The translations under genes and the position numbers were made by a program. 64,000 bases of DNA from an uncultured Gemmatimonadota bacterium (GTDB lineage Bacteria > Gemmatimonadota > Gemmatimonadetes > Palauibacterales > Palauibacteraceae). The stretch is taken from assembly GCA_964499635.1 (NCBI GenBank), contig CAZCLY010000008.1, positions 127,699 through 191,698 of the forward strand, given 5' to 3'. This document shows positions 49,467 to 59,090 of the stretch, piece after piece. Numbering within the stretch: the first letter of the stretch is position 1; every line of letters starts with the position of its first letter. The notes under the pieces are model-generated. The model was not told the origin of the DNA and did not search any database. It saw only the letters and a program-made list of their open reading frames with translations.

Positions 49467-51286
49467 CCCCCCGGCGAGTCGGGTCCGTCGGCGAGCCGCG
49501 GTCGTACGATCAGGGACACGTCCTCCAGTGGATCTACGCGGGGCGCATGGTTGTGGCCGTCGCCGTGTACGGCTCGGCGCTCATCATCGGGGAGGACTGG
49601 CTGTACACGCCCGGCGGGGTTCCCGGACTGTCGGTGCGCGTGGTGGCCATCGCGGTCCTCGTGGCCACGGCCCTCGTCACCGCATGGGCGTACTGGCGCA
49701 CCCGCGAACGGCCCGACGAGCCCTCCCGCGCGTTCATCGAGGGGCAGGCGGCCTTCGACGTCGCCCTGGTGAGCGGCGTGGTCCTGCTCACAGGAGGACG
49801 TGACAGCGTCTTCCCGCCGCTGCTCTACATCATGCTCGTCTCGGGGTACGCGCTCATTGCGCCCCTCGCCTCGGGCCTGCGCGTCGCGGTGGCCACCGCG
49901 GTCGCCTACCTCGCCGTCATCGGCCTGGGGTATCCGGACCAGCTCGGCGCTCCGGTATTCATCCAGATCGCCATCTTCACGGTCGTGGCGCTGGTGAGCG
50001 GATTGATCGGCGGCAAGCTCCGTCAGGTCGGACAGCGGCTGTCGAGCGTGGAGCGAGAGCTGCGTCGGCTCCGCTTCGGCACGGCCGACATCCTGCGCAC
50101 GATCGACGCGGCGGTGCTCACGGTCGATGCGGACGGGCGGGCGATCTACCTCAACCCCGCCGCGGCCGCGATCCTCGACATCGATCCGGAGCGCTGGATC
50201 GGCGAGCCGGTGTTCGGCGAGCTGCAGCACCGCGCGGCCGGCGTGCGGACGGCCCTCATCGAGACGTTCGACAGCGGCGAGGGAATACGGGCGCGCGAAG
50301 TAGAGATCGAGGATCCGGAGGCGGGGACGCTCCCCCACTCGATCTCGACGGCGCTTCTCGAGCGGGAGGGCGATCCCCCGCTCGCCACCGCCGTCCTCCA
50401 GGACCTGCGCATGGCGCGGCAGCTCGAGGAGCTCCACCTGCGCGCCGGGCGTCTCGGCGTGGTGGCCGAGCTGTCCGCGTCGCTCGCGCACGAGATCAAG
50501 AACCCCCTCGCCTCGATCCGGAGCGCCGTGGAGCAGATCGCCGATCCGACCACCGATGACGGCGATCGGAGCACGCTGGGACGGCTCGTCGTGCGCGAGG
50601 CCGACCGTCTGACGCGGCTCCTGTCGGAGTTCAACGACTTCGCGCGTGTCGACGTCGCGGAGCGTCGCCGGATCGACCTGCGTCGGGTGGCCGGCGAAGC
50701 GGTCGAGATGGTCGCCCAGCGGCCGGAGGCGCGCGACAGAGCATCCTTCGAGATCTCGATCGCGGACGGACTTGACGATCTCTGGGGAGATCCGGACCTT
50801 GTGCATCGGACGCTGACGAATCTCCTGCTGAACGCGGTGCAGGTCAGCGACCCCGAGAAGTCGGTCACCGTGCGTGTGGTGGCGGATGCGTTGCGTCCCA
50901 CCGTCGCCCCCGCGGCCCTCGCGTCGGGCTTGCCCGTCCGAATCCGGGTGATCGATGACGGTCCGGGGATCCCGCCGGATGACATCGGTCGGATCTTCGA
51001 CCCGTTCTACACGCGGCGTCAGGGAGGGAGTGGGATGGGGTTGGCGATCGCACACCGCGCTATTCAGGCTCACGGCGGGGCCCTGCTCGTGAGCTCGGAG
51101 CCCGGACACGGGGCCACCTTCGTCGTCATCCTTCCGCGTCGACAGCCGACCGCACGCAAGACGTTCGAGCGTCTGGGGGGCGAGGAGCGTGCCGCCGAGC
51201 ATCCCCATCGCGATGCCCGCCACGCCGCATCGCTCTCGTCGGGATCTCCGCCCGCCCTCGACGGGTTCGAGGATCGTCTGGGCTAG
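49463..51286 (+). CDS. pilS: Sensor histidine kinase PilS-like.
   Basis: An N-terminal polytopic membrane domain, a PAS-like region, a HisKA H-box LSASLAHEIKNPL, and an HATPase_c region with DDGPGI and GGSGMGL. Confidence 0.8.
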   Translation: MTPRRVGSVGEPRSYDQGHVLQWIYAGRMVVAVAVYGSALIIGEDWLYTPGGVPGLSVRVVAIAVLVATALVTAWAYWRTRERPDEPSRAFIEGQAAFDVALVSGVVLLTGGRDSVFPPLLYIMLVSGYALIAPLASGLRVAVATAVAYLAVIGLGYPDQLGAPVFIQIAIFTVVALVSGLIGGKLRQVGQRLSSVERELRRLRFGTADILRTIDAAVLTVDADGRAIYLNPAAAAILDIDPERWIGEPVFGELQHRAAGVRTALIETFDSGEGIRAREVEIEDPEAGTLPHSISTALLEREGDPPLATAVLQDLRMARQLEELHLRAGRLGVVAELSASLAHEIKNPLASIRSAVEQIADPTTDDGDRSTLGRLVVREADRLTRLLSEFNDFARVDVAERRRIDLRRVAGEAVEMVAQRPEARDRASFEISIADGLDDLWGDPDLVHRTLTNLLLNAVQVSDPEKSVTVRVVADALRPTVAPAALASGLPVRIRVIDDGPGIPPDDIGRIFDPFYTRRQGGSGMGLAIAHRAIQAHGGALLVSSEPGHGATFVVILPRRQPTARKTFERLGGEERAAEHPHRDARHAASLSSGSPPALDGFEDRLG

Positions 51287-51358
51287 GAGAGGGTCCCTGG
51301 AGATGCCGGGAGCGGACAGGGTGGCCCCTGCGGGCCTACGGGAGAAGGCGAAATACAC

Positions 51359-52726
51359 ATGAGCGAGAAGCCGAAGGTCCTGGTGATCGACGATGAGCAG
51401 AGCATCATCGAGACCCTGAGCGTGCTCCTGAAGAAGGAGGGGTTCGAGGTGCTCGCGGCGCTGTCCGGATCCGAGGGCATCGAGCGGTTCGGCGAGCAAC
51501 GGCCGGATCTGGTCCTCACGGATGTCAGGATGCCGAAGGTCAGCGGCGTGGACGTCCTCGAGGCGATCCGCGAGCGCGATCCGACCACCCCGGTCGTCCT
51601 GATGACCGCGCAGGCCTCCCTCCAGTCGGCCATCCAGGCGGTGAATCTGGGCGCCACGCACTACGTCCAGAAGCCGTTCTCGAACGAGGAGCTCCTCGCG
51701 ATCCTGCGGCGTTCGCTCGACATCGGACGGGTCGAGCGGGAGAACGTCCAGCTCAAGAAGGAGATCCGAAAGACCCGCAACCAGGAGTTGATCCACCCGA
51801 TCGGGACGAGCCCGGAGTTCCGCAAGGCGCTCCAGCTCGCCGAGTCGGTGGCCGCCAGCGACTCCACCATCCTGATCCGTGGCGAGAGCGGTTCCGGGAA
51901 GGAGGTCTTCGCCCGCTACATTCACGAGCTCTCCGATCGGGCGGATCGGCACTTCCTGTCGCTCAACTGCGCCGCGCTCCCCGAGGGTCTGCTCGAGTCG
52001 GAGCTCTTCGGTCACGTCAAGGGCTCGTTCACGGGGGCCGTGCGAGACAAGGAGGGGCTGTTCGTGGCGGCCTCGGGGGGGAGCTTCTTCCTCGACGAGG
52101 TGGGGGAGATGGCGCCCTCGACGCAGGTGAAGCTCCTGCGGGTGCTCCAGCAGCGCGAGGTCATCCCGGTCGGCTCGACGAAGGCCGTCCAGGTGGACGT
52201 GCGGCTCATCGCGGCCACCAATCGCGACCTCGAGCGGGACATCGAGCAGGGGCGCTTCCGCAGCGACCTGTACTACCGGCTGAACGTCATCTCGGTGGAG
52301 CTCCCACCCCTCAGGGCGCGTCCGGATGATATCCCGTTGCTGGCCGAGCACTTCCTGAAGCGGGAAGCCGAGCGGACGGGGGACAAGCCGAAGAAGATCT
52401 CCGACGAGGCGCTGGCCATCCTGCACGAGTATCCGTGGCCGGGGAACGTGCGCGAGCTCGAGAACGTCATCGAGCGCGCGGTCGTGCTGACCAACGGGGG
52501 GGTGATCAAGGAGGATGCGCTGCCGCCCCGTCTCCGCGAGCAGCCGGCCCAGCCACTCGTGCAGGAAGCGCCGCCCGCCAATCCGACGCTCGAGGTGATC
52601 GAGCGGGCGTACATCGAGCACGTCCTGCGCGCGGAAGGGGGCAACAAGAGCCGCGCCGCGGAGGTCCTGGGGATCGATCCGAGCACCCTGTACCGGAAGA
52701 TCAAGCGCTACCAGCTCGACGTCTGA
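51359..52726 (+). CDS. pilR: Sigma-54-dependent response regulator PilR (NtrC family).
   Basis: A receiver domain (DDE...D), a sigma-54 interaction domain (GESGSGKE, GAFTGA variant GSFTGA, ESELFGH), and a C-terminal Fis-type HTH. Confidence 0.88.
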   Translation: MSEKPKVLVIDDEQSIIETLSVLLKKEGFEVLAALSGSEGIERFGEQRPDLVLTDVRMPKVSGVDVLEAIRERDPTTPVVLMTAQASLQSAIQAVNLGATHYVQKPFSNEELLAILRRSLDIGRVERENVQLKKEIRKTRNQELIHPIGTSPEFRKALQLAESVAASDSTILIRGESGSGKEVFARYIHELSDRADRHFLSLNCAALPEGLLESELFGHVKGSFTGAVRDKEGLFVAASGGSFFLDEVGEMAPSTQVKLLRVLQQREVIPVGSTKAVQVDVRLIAATNRDLERDIEQGRFRSDLYYRLNVISVELPPLRARPDDIPLLAEHFLKREAERTGDKPKKISDEALAILHEYPWPGNVRELENVIERAVVLTNGGVIKEDALPPRLREQPAQPLVQEAPPANPTLEVIERAYIEHVLRAEGGNKSRAAEVLGIDPSTLYRKIKRYQLDV

Positions 52727-52899
52727 ACCGCGATATCGCCCGGGGCGCGGGCGGATCCGCGCTCCGGAGCCGGTTCGCACACGTGGCCCTGATTCGTGCA
52801 TCCTGCAACGTCGGGTCACGTCGCGGGTGTTGGCTCCGGCAGGTCGGGAGCGCCCGTAAGCTCTCGCTTTCCATGCGATTACACGACCCGGAACGAGAC

Positions 52900-52915
52900 C
52901 GGCACACGCGTTGCC
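52900..52915 (+). promoter_or_regulatory. Sigma-54 (-24/-12) promoter upstream of pilA.
   Basis: CGGCACACGCGTTGCC matches TGGCACG-N4-TTGCW, with GG and GC exactly 10 nt apart. It lies ~97 bp upstream of the pilA ATG, with pilR adjacent. Confidence 0.6.
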
Positions 52916-53011
52916 CTTCCTGCGGGACGCGTGAGGCGGAGTCGCTCGAATCGACTCCGATGCTCGGAAATCGCCCCGGGTATCAACCACACAGGTAAAG
53001 CGAGGAGCGAC

Positions 53012-53425
53012 ATGGTGCGCAACACGAAGGGGTTCACGCTGATCGAGCTGCTGATCGTCGTCGTGATCATCGGCATTCTGGCCGCGATCGCGATCCCGCA
53101 GTTCGCCAGCACGAAGGAGAAGGCGTTCGACGCCGCCGCGAAGAGCGATCTTCGCAATCTCATGACGGCCGAAGAGGCCTACTTCTCCGACTTCCAGGCC
53201 TACACCGATGTGACGGTGAACGCCGGAGGCGCGTACGACATGGATGGCGACGGGACGAACGACTACCAGGCCAGCCAGCAGGTGGCCCTGCAGGCCACGG
53301 CGGATACGGACGGCTACGAGATCACGGCCGCCCACGCCAGCTCCAGCAAGACCTGGTGCATCAACTCGTCCGCTACGCAGGCATCGGGCGCGGTCGGCCA
53401 GATCATGGCCGCCGCGAGCTGCTGA
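53012..53425 (+). CDS. pilA: Type IV major pilin.
   Basis: A 7-aa leader MVRNTKG|FTLIELLIVVVIIGILAAIAIPQF, ~137 aa, a C-terminal Cys pair, and a GAGGAG RBS. Confidence 0.85.
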   Translation: MVRNTKGFTLIELLIVVVIIGILAAIAIPQFASTKEKAFDAAAKSDLRNLMTAEEAYFSDFQAYTDVTVNAGGAYDMDGDGTNDYQASQQVALQATADTDGYEITAAHASSSKTWCINSSATQASGAVGQIMAAASC

Positions 53426-53444
53426 CGATCCAGGTCGTCGGGAT

Positions 53445-53488
53445 CGAGGGGCACGGCGCACGGCGCCGTGCCCCTCTTTTTTTTGCCC
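53445..53488 (+). terminator. Rho-independent terminator after pilA.
   Basis: A GC stem gaggggcacggcgc / gcgccgtgcccctc followed by TTTTTTTT. Confidence 0.7.
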
Positions 53489-53550
53489 TTTGCCAAACCG
53501 CCCCGCGCGGTTGAAACTGTCCCCGGTCCACAGGGTGGCGGGAGGGTGGG

Positions 53551-55974
53551 GTGCGCGTGAGGAATCCGGGTCGACGGACGTGGGTGACGGCGTGGCCGTG
53601 GGTGACGCTCGGCCTCCTGGGCGCCGCGTATCTGTGGGAGATCCTCAGTCTGAACGGGATCCCCGTCGCCCGTGACATCCAGATGTTCTTCGTCCCCCAG
53701 AAGCACCTCCTGTGGGAAGCCTTGCACCGGGGCGAAGTGCCGCTGTGGACGCCGTACATCGGGAACGGCTCCCCCTTCCTGGCCAACGTGCAGTCGGGCG
53801 TGTTCTATCCCCCCAACTGGCTGTACGCCGCGCTCCCCTTCTTTCCGGCCTTCAACCTCCTCATCGTCGTGCATTTCGTGCTGGGCGGGCTGTTCGCCTT
53901 CGCGCTCGCCCGCCGGCTGGGGCTGGACCGCGTGCCGGCGTATGTGGCCGCCGTGAGCTGGATGTTCGGCGGGTACTTCGCGTCGCTGCTCAACCTGCTC
54001 AACGCGCTCCAGGCGGCTGCGTGGGCTCCCGCCGTCGCGTGGGCGGTGCTCCGGCTCCTCGACGAAGGCGATCGGCGCTCGATCGCCATCCTGGTCCTCG
54101 TCGTCACCGGGTCCGCCCTGGCCGGCGAGCCACAGACGTTCCTCTTCTCGCTCGGGGCGGCCGCCGTCCTCGGGCTGTTCCGACTGGTGGAGCGGCGGCC
54201 CGACGGGGCCGAGCTGACACGCGTCGGCGCCCGGCTCGCGCTCGCCGGGATCGCGGTCGCCGGCCTGGTGAGCGTCCAGCTCCTCCCGACGCTCGAGATG
54301 TTCCGCGAGTCCTCCCGCGGCGCCGGGCTCACGTACGGCGAGGTGGCCGCGTTCGCGCTCCACCCCATCCGTCTGATCCACCTGCTCGTGCCGGCGGACT
54401 ACCGGGACCCCGAGTACGCGTTCGGCGTGCGGTCCGTCATCGGCCCGGGGGACCCGTGGCTGTTCTCGGTCTACCTCGGTGCCCTCGCACCGCTTCTCCT
54501 GTGGTCGGCATGGCGCAGTCGGCGGCGCAGGGCGCGCACCGCCGTGTGGACGGCGGTGGCCCTGGGGTCGCTGCTCATCGCGCTCGGCGACCACACGCCC
54601 GTGTTTCCCTTCCTGTTCGATCGCGTGCCCGGATTCGGGGCGTTCCGCTTTCCCGAGAAGTACCTGTTCGGCACGGCCTTCGCCTCGATGCTGATCGCCG
54701 GGTGGGGGACCGAGTCGGCGCTCGAGCGGTCCCCGGACCGCGCCGACCTGGCGTTCGGGCTGGCCTATGTTGCGCTCACGGCCGCGGCCCTGACGCTGTT
54801 CCTGCTCGGGCGCGATCAGGTGCACGAGTACGCGCTGCGTCACGGTAATGACCGCATGCTCGTGGACGTCGGGTACGCGTATCGGGTGTGGGCCCGAAAG
54901 CTGGCCGGGCTGGTCGTGCTGGTCGCCCTGGCCGTGACCGGCATGTGGCTCCACCGGCGGGGCCTCATCCGGCGTGCCGGTCTCGCCGCCCTCCTGTGTC
55001 TGCTGGTCACGGCCGATCTCGTGGTGGCGCACCGCGATCTCAATCCGGTGGTCGAGCCCTCGTTCTACGAGAGCGAGCCGCTTCTGTTTCGACACGTGCC
55101 GCTCGAGGAGGTGCGTCGCGACTACCGTCTCCGGGTGAGCCGCTTCGACTCGCTCGCCGGGACCATGCCCGTCATCCGGGGCGTCTCCCTCGCGGTCCAC
55201 AAGCGGGTGTGGCAGCAGATCGTGGCGCCCAACATCGGGCAGTACTGGGACGTACTCCAGCAGGACGCCTGGGACGCGATCAAGCTGGCCCGGATCCGGG
55301 ACGAGCGGGACATCCTGCGGATCCTCCCCGAGCCCGAGCGACGCTGGGCCCTGCTGCGGCTCCATTCCGTCAAGTACGTCCACAGCCTGCTCGGGGCCGA
55401 GACGGCCGGGGCGGCCGTCGAGATCCCGAGCGACTCGATCCCCGGCACCCTGTACCGGATCGAGCGGCCGCTGCCGCGTGCCTACGTGGTTCCCCGCGCG
55501 CGTTGGCTGCCGGACAACGTGGCGGTGATCAACGAGGTCTTGTCTCCCGGATTCGATCCCCGCGCGACGGTGGTCCTCGAAGGGGATCCTCCACCCGACG
55601 GGGCCGCCCCGCCCACGGACACGGCGGCTGCGGGGACTACGCCGCCCGACTTCCCAGGGGCCCGGATCTCGTTCGCCGGCGACGACGAGGTGCGCGTCCG
55701 GGTCGATGGGGATCGGACCGGTTACCTCGTCCTCACCGACAACCAGTATCCCGGGTGGGGCGCCGAGGTGGACGGCGAGCCGCGACCTGTCGAGCTCGCG
55801 AACTTCTTCTTCCGGGCCGTCGAGCTCCACCCCGGTGACCGGGAGGTCGTGTTCCGCTACCGCTCTCGGGCATTCGAGCGCGGCAGATGGGTGAGCGGGA
55901 TCACGCTGGTCCTCGCGCTGCTGGCGTTCGCGGTGGCCGAGGCGCGCGCCGCGCGCGGGCGGCACATCCCCTGA
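53551..55974 (+). CDS. Large polytopic membrane protein, GT-C/YfhO-like. It is a candidate pilin glycosyltransferase.
   Basis: 807 aa with more than 12 predicted TM helices in the N-terminal two-thirds and a soluble C-terminal domain. It lies between two pilin genes, the position TfpW/PglL-type enzymes occupy in other pilin loci. Confidence 0.55.
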   Translation: MRVRNPGRRTWVTAWPWVTLGLLGAAYLWEILSLNGIPVARDIQMFFVPQKHLLWEALHRGEVPLWTPYIGNGSPFLANVQSGVFYPPNWLYAALPFFPAFNLLIVVHFVLGGLFAFALARRLGLDRVPAYVAAVSWMFGGYFASLLNLLNALQAAAWAPAVAWAVLRLLDEGDRRSIAILVLVVTGSALAGEPQTFLFSLGAAAVLGLFRLVERRPDGAELTRVGARLALAGIAVAGLVSVQLLPTLEMFRESSRGAGLTYGEVAAFALHPIRLIHLLVPADYRDPEYAFGVRSVIGPGDPWLFSVYLGALAPLLLWSAWRSRRRRARTAVWTAVALGSLLIALGDHTPVFPFLFDRVPGFGAFRFPEKYLFGTAFASMLIAGWGTESALERSPDRADLAFGLAYVALTAAALTLFLLGRDQVHEYALRHGNDRMLVDVGYAYRVWARKLAGLVVLVALAVTGMWLHRRGLIRRAGLAALLCLLVTADLVVAHRDLNPVVEPSFYESEPLLFRHVPLEEVRRDYRLRVSRFDSLAGTMPVIRGVSLAVHKRVWQQIVAPNIGQYWDVLQQDAWDAIKLARIRDERDILRILPEPERRWALLRLHSVKYVHSLLGAETAGAAVEIPSDSIPGTLYRIERPLPRAYVVPRARWLPDNVAVINEVLSPGFDPRATVVLEGDPPPDGAAPPTDTAAAGTTPPDFPGARISFAGDDEVRVRVDGDRTGYLVLTDNQYPGWGAEVDGEPRPVELANFFFRAVELHPGDREVVFRYRSRAFERGRWVSGITLVLALLAFAVAEARAARGRHIP

Positions 55975-56092
55975 CACCCGTGCCCGGCCTCCTCGTGCAG
56001 TTTGCGAGATTCACACGCAGGCGACCCGGGTTTCCGACCGCACCCGCGGGCTTCGGATTCGCTAAGGGATTGCCCCCGGCCGCATTCGTCGG

Positions 56093-56108
56093 AGGCACGT
56101 GCGTTGCC
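56093..56108 (+). promoter_or_regulatory. Sigma-54 (-24/-12) promoter upstream of the second pilin gene.
   Basis: AGGCACGTGCGTTGCC is near-identical to the pilA promoter element. A perfect palindrome GGGTCCTCGCGAGGACCC follows in the leader. Confidence 0.6.
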
Positions 56109-56169
56109 CGTTCGAGAGGGCGTTTTACGGGTCCTCGCGAGGACCCCGGCGCGCGTCCGGACGGACATC

Positions 56170-56535
56170 ATGAAGACGAAATCCGAAGGCTTCACGCTCA
56201 TAGAGCTGCTCATCGTGACCGTGCTCATCACGATCCTCGCCGCCATCGCCATCCCGCAGCTGTTCGGCACGAAGGAGCGCTCCTTCGTGGCGGCCATGCG
56301 CTCGGACCTGCGGAACCTGCAGACGGCCCAGGAGGCGTACTACGTGGACTACCTGCAGTACAGCTCGAGCACCGGGAACCTGGGGATCCTCTACCTGACC
56401 TCGCCGAACGTCGCCGTGAAGGTCGACAGCGCCAGCCAATCGGGGTGGGGCGCGACCGCGACCCACGCCTCGACACCGATCGTGTGCAAGGTCGCCGTGA
56501 CGCGCTCCCACGCCGGCAACCCGATCTGCTCCTGA
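56170..56535 (+). CDS. Type IV pilin, second paralog.
   Basis: A leader MKTKSEG|FTLIELLIVTVLITILAAIAIPQLF, 121 aa, with a C-terminal Cys pair (C...C). Confidence 0.8.
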   Translation: MKTKSEGFTLIELLIVTVLITILAAIAIPQLFGTKERSFVAAMRSDLRNLQTAQEAYYVDYLQYSSSTGNLGILYLTSPNVAVKVDSASQSGWGATATHASTPIVCKVAVTRSHAGNPICS

Positions 56536-56661
56536 CGTGCCCGGGGTCGGGGCGCCGGCGCGCCCGGACCTTGACGGGGAGTTGACCGCCCGGTCGAACG
56601 TGGCGCTCGTCAGGCCCGTCATGCCGGCGGGCGTTCTTCCACCCGACGTCCGGAGGTCACG

Positions 56662-57123
56662 ATGGTGGGGCCGCCCAGGGTCGCTCGTCGACGCGCGGCG
56701 GGCTTAACGCTGGTCGAGGCGATCATCTCGCTCGTTCTTCTCTCCATCCTCGCTGCGCTCATCCTGCCGCGGCTCGACGCCCTCGACCAGTGGTCGATCG
56801 CACGGGCGGCACGGCTCACCGAGCGACACCTGGCCGGGGCGCGTCTCGATGCGCTCGCCCATCGCCGACCGGTCCGGGTGCGGCTGACGGCGGGGCGGAT
56901 CCTCGAGACCGTGGACGGATCCGGCCGTCTGGTGAGCAGGCTGGATCTGCGGGCGAGCGCGCTCCGGCCGCTCGACTCGGTGCGCGTCCGCCCCGCGAAC
57001 ATCCGATACAACGCGCGCGGGCAGGGAGCGGCGGGAAGCGTCTACCTGTACCGCGGTCACCGCGGCGTCCGCGTGGTCAGCAACTTCGTGGGCCGCATCC
57101 GACGGCACAGCTTTCGCTTTTGA
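56662..57123 (+). CDS. Minor pilin (GspH/FimT-like), set 2.
   Basis: G|LTLVEAIISLVLLSILAALIL, 153 aa. Confidence 0.55.
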   Translation: MVGPPRVARRRAAGLTLVEAIISLVLLSILAALILPRLDALDQWSIARAARLTERHLAGARLDALAHRRPVRVRLTAGRILETVDGSGRLVSRLDLRASALRPLDSVRVRPANIRYNARGQGAAGSVYLYRGHRGVRVVSNFVGRIRRHSFRF

Positions 57124-57355
57124 ACGCCGTGGCAGGTCGATGCGAGGCATCGAAACCCTGTGCGCACCGGGTGAAAAGCTTGCACACGCGACGGGGTCCC
57201 GGAAGGAGCTATCATGAAGCGATCACGCCACTTACGGTCGGGCCGCGTTCTTGCCCAGACCACTCCCGCGCGGCGATCGCTCCCCCGCGGAGTCGCGGGG
57301 TCGGGCGTGCGGATCGCCACGGAGTGACGGACCTCGCGAGTCCGAAGCGACCGAG

Positions 57356-57832
57356 ATGATGAGACGACCAACGCATATGAGAGCGCACCGCCCCGACGAA
57401 CTCGGGTTCACCGTGACCGAGCTGATGATCTCGCTCGCCGTCACGGCGATTCTGACGGCTGTCGGCATGGGTGCGTTCCGGCAATACGCCGAGTCGAGCG
57501 CCGCGCGGAAGGCCGCGGTCCAGCTGGCCGCCGACGTCGGGCTGACGCGCAGCCTGGCGATCCAGCGGCGCGAGAACGTGTCCATGGTGCTCGACGAGAC
57601 GAACCTCACCTACGTGGTGCGCGACACGGCCGGCACCGTGCTCATGCGACGCGACTTCGGCACGGGTGCCGAGGTGCCCCTGTCGTCCCTCACCGTGAAC
57701 ACGGGCGGGGATTCGCTGACCTTCAACTCGCGGGGCCTCCTCGTGGGCGGTTCGGCGAGCATCGTCGTGCAACGCGCCAGCCGTTCGCACCAGATCGACG
57801 TGAACGTGCTCGGCCGGGCGGCGCTCAACTGA
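57356..57832 (+). CDS. Minor pilin (FimT/FimU-like), set 2.
   Basis: G|FTVTELMISLAVTAILTAVG. The start is ambiguous among three in-frame Met codons. Confidence 0.55.
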   Translation: MMRRPTHMRAHRPDELGFTVTELMISLAVTAILTAVGMGAFRQYAESSAARKAAVQLAADVGLTRSLAIQRRENVSMVLDETNLTYVVRDTAGTVLMRRDFGTGAEVPLSSLTVNTGGDSLTFNSRGLLVGGSASIVVQRASRSHQIDVNVLGRAALN

Positions 57833-58269
57833 TGGGCCCCCGCGTCCGCGGTGCCCGGGGCTGGGGGACGGCTCGCGCGCGTCTTCGGAATCGGCTGCGG
57901 GACCGATCCGGTCTCGGGCTGATCGAGGTCATCACCGCCATGGTCATCCTGTCGATCGGCGTGCTCGCCGTGGCCGGCGTCACCCTCCAGGTGGGCATGC
58001 AGAATCGGATGTCGACCTGGCAGACGGATCAGTCCCTGGCGGCGCAGCAGGTGATGGAGACGCTCGAGGAGTCCGGGTACGCGGCGGTCTCGAGCCGGAC
58101 GGACACCGTGACGATCGGGAACCGCACCTACGTCGTGGCGGCGGTCGTGACGACCCCGGCGACCCGGGTGAAACAGGTCCAACTCACGGTCCAGCCGCGG
58201 CGGGGCGGGACCAGCCGCACGTACACCGGCCGCATCTACGAGAACCGACAGCTCCCGGCGGCTCCATGA
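57832..58269 (+). CDS. Minor pilin (PilV-like), set 2.
   Basis: G|LGLIEVITAMVILSIGVLAVAG, 145 aa, with a start overlapping the upstream stop. Confidence 0.55.
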   Translation: MGPRVRGARGWGTARARLRNRLRDRSGLGLIEVITAMVILSIGVLAVAGVTLQVGMQNRMSTWQTDQSLAAQQVMETLEESGYAAVSSRTDTVTIGNRTYVVAAVVTTPATRVKQVQLTVQPRRGGTSRTYTGRIYENRQLPAAP

Positions 58270-59090
58270 AGATGCCCCGGAAGTTCCCGGTCGCCCGGAT
58301 TCGCGGCTTCACGCTCGTCGAGGTGCTCATCACGATCGTGGTGGCGGGCGTGCTCGGCGGTGCGCTCATGTCGCTCGTCGTGAGCCAGCACCGCTTCTAT
58401 GCGCAGAGCGACAACCTGCTCCTCGCGCAACAGAACATCCGCGCGTCGCTCGATCTGATGGCCTCCGAGCTCCGGATGGCGTCGCCCGAGGACATCGTGA
58501 CGGCGGCCTCCGACTCGGTCACGATTCGATTCGATCTCGTGCACGCCGTGGTGTGCGCCGGGAGTGCCGGCAGCACGCACGTGTACGCCTACGACTCGGT
58601 GAGCAACGCCAACCTGACGAGCGGGATCACGGGCACGGCGTACTCCGAGGCGTACGACTCGGCGTTCGTCTACAACGACGGGTTCACGGGGACGATCACC
58701 GCCTCCAATCCCACGTCGGAGACACAGTGCAAGGCGAACGGGGCGCCGGCGTCGGAGCCCACGTCCGCGTTCCGGCTCGTGAGCGGCTGGTCGACCACCC
58801 CGCCACGAGGCTCGTTGCTCCGCTGGTACGGGACGCTGTCCTACGCGTTCGCGGCGTCGGTCACCGACCCCGGCTCGTTCGCGATCTGGCGGAACAATCA
58901 GGAGCTGGTCACGCCCTTCGAGACGGGCGCCCAGTTCTCGTACGTGATGGATGATGGAACGGTGCAGAGCTCCGTGAATCCGGCGAGCTTCGCCGACATC
59001 CGCGAGATCCGCATCGGAGTGACCGCGATCGGGGAGGGGCCGTTCCAGACCACCCGTGACGTGGTATTCGACATCCCGCTGAGGAACTAA
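58266..59090 (+). CDS. Minor pilin (PilW-like), set 2.
   Basis: G|FTLVEVLITIVVAGVLGGALMSLV, 274 aa. Confidence 0.58.
   Translation: MKMPRKFPVARIRGFTLVEVLITIVVAGVLGGALMSLVVSQHRFYAQSDNLLLAQQNIRASLDLMASELRMASPEDIVTAASDSVTIRFDLVHAVVCAGSAGSTHVYAYDSVSNANLTSGITGTAYSEAYDSAFVYNDGFTGTITASNPTSETQCKANGAPASEPTSAFRLVSGWSTTPPRGSLLRWYGTLSYAFAASVTDPGSFAIWRNNQELVTPFETGAQFSYVMDDGTVQSSVNPASFADIREIRIGVTAIGEGPFQTTRDVVFDIPLRN

Noticed and set aside
48995-53461. A 1488-aa minus-strand ORF spanning the pilS / pilR / pilA region.
   Set aside because: It is antisense to three well-supported + strand genes. It has an extreme Arg/Gly/Pro-rich composition and no domain signatures. Long spurious antisense ORFs of this kind are expected at ~70% GC.
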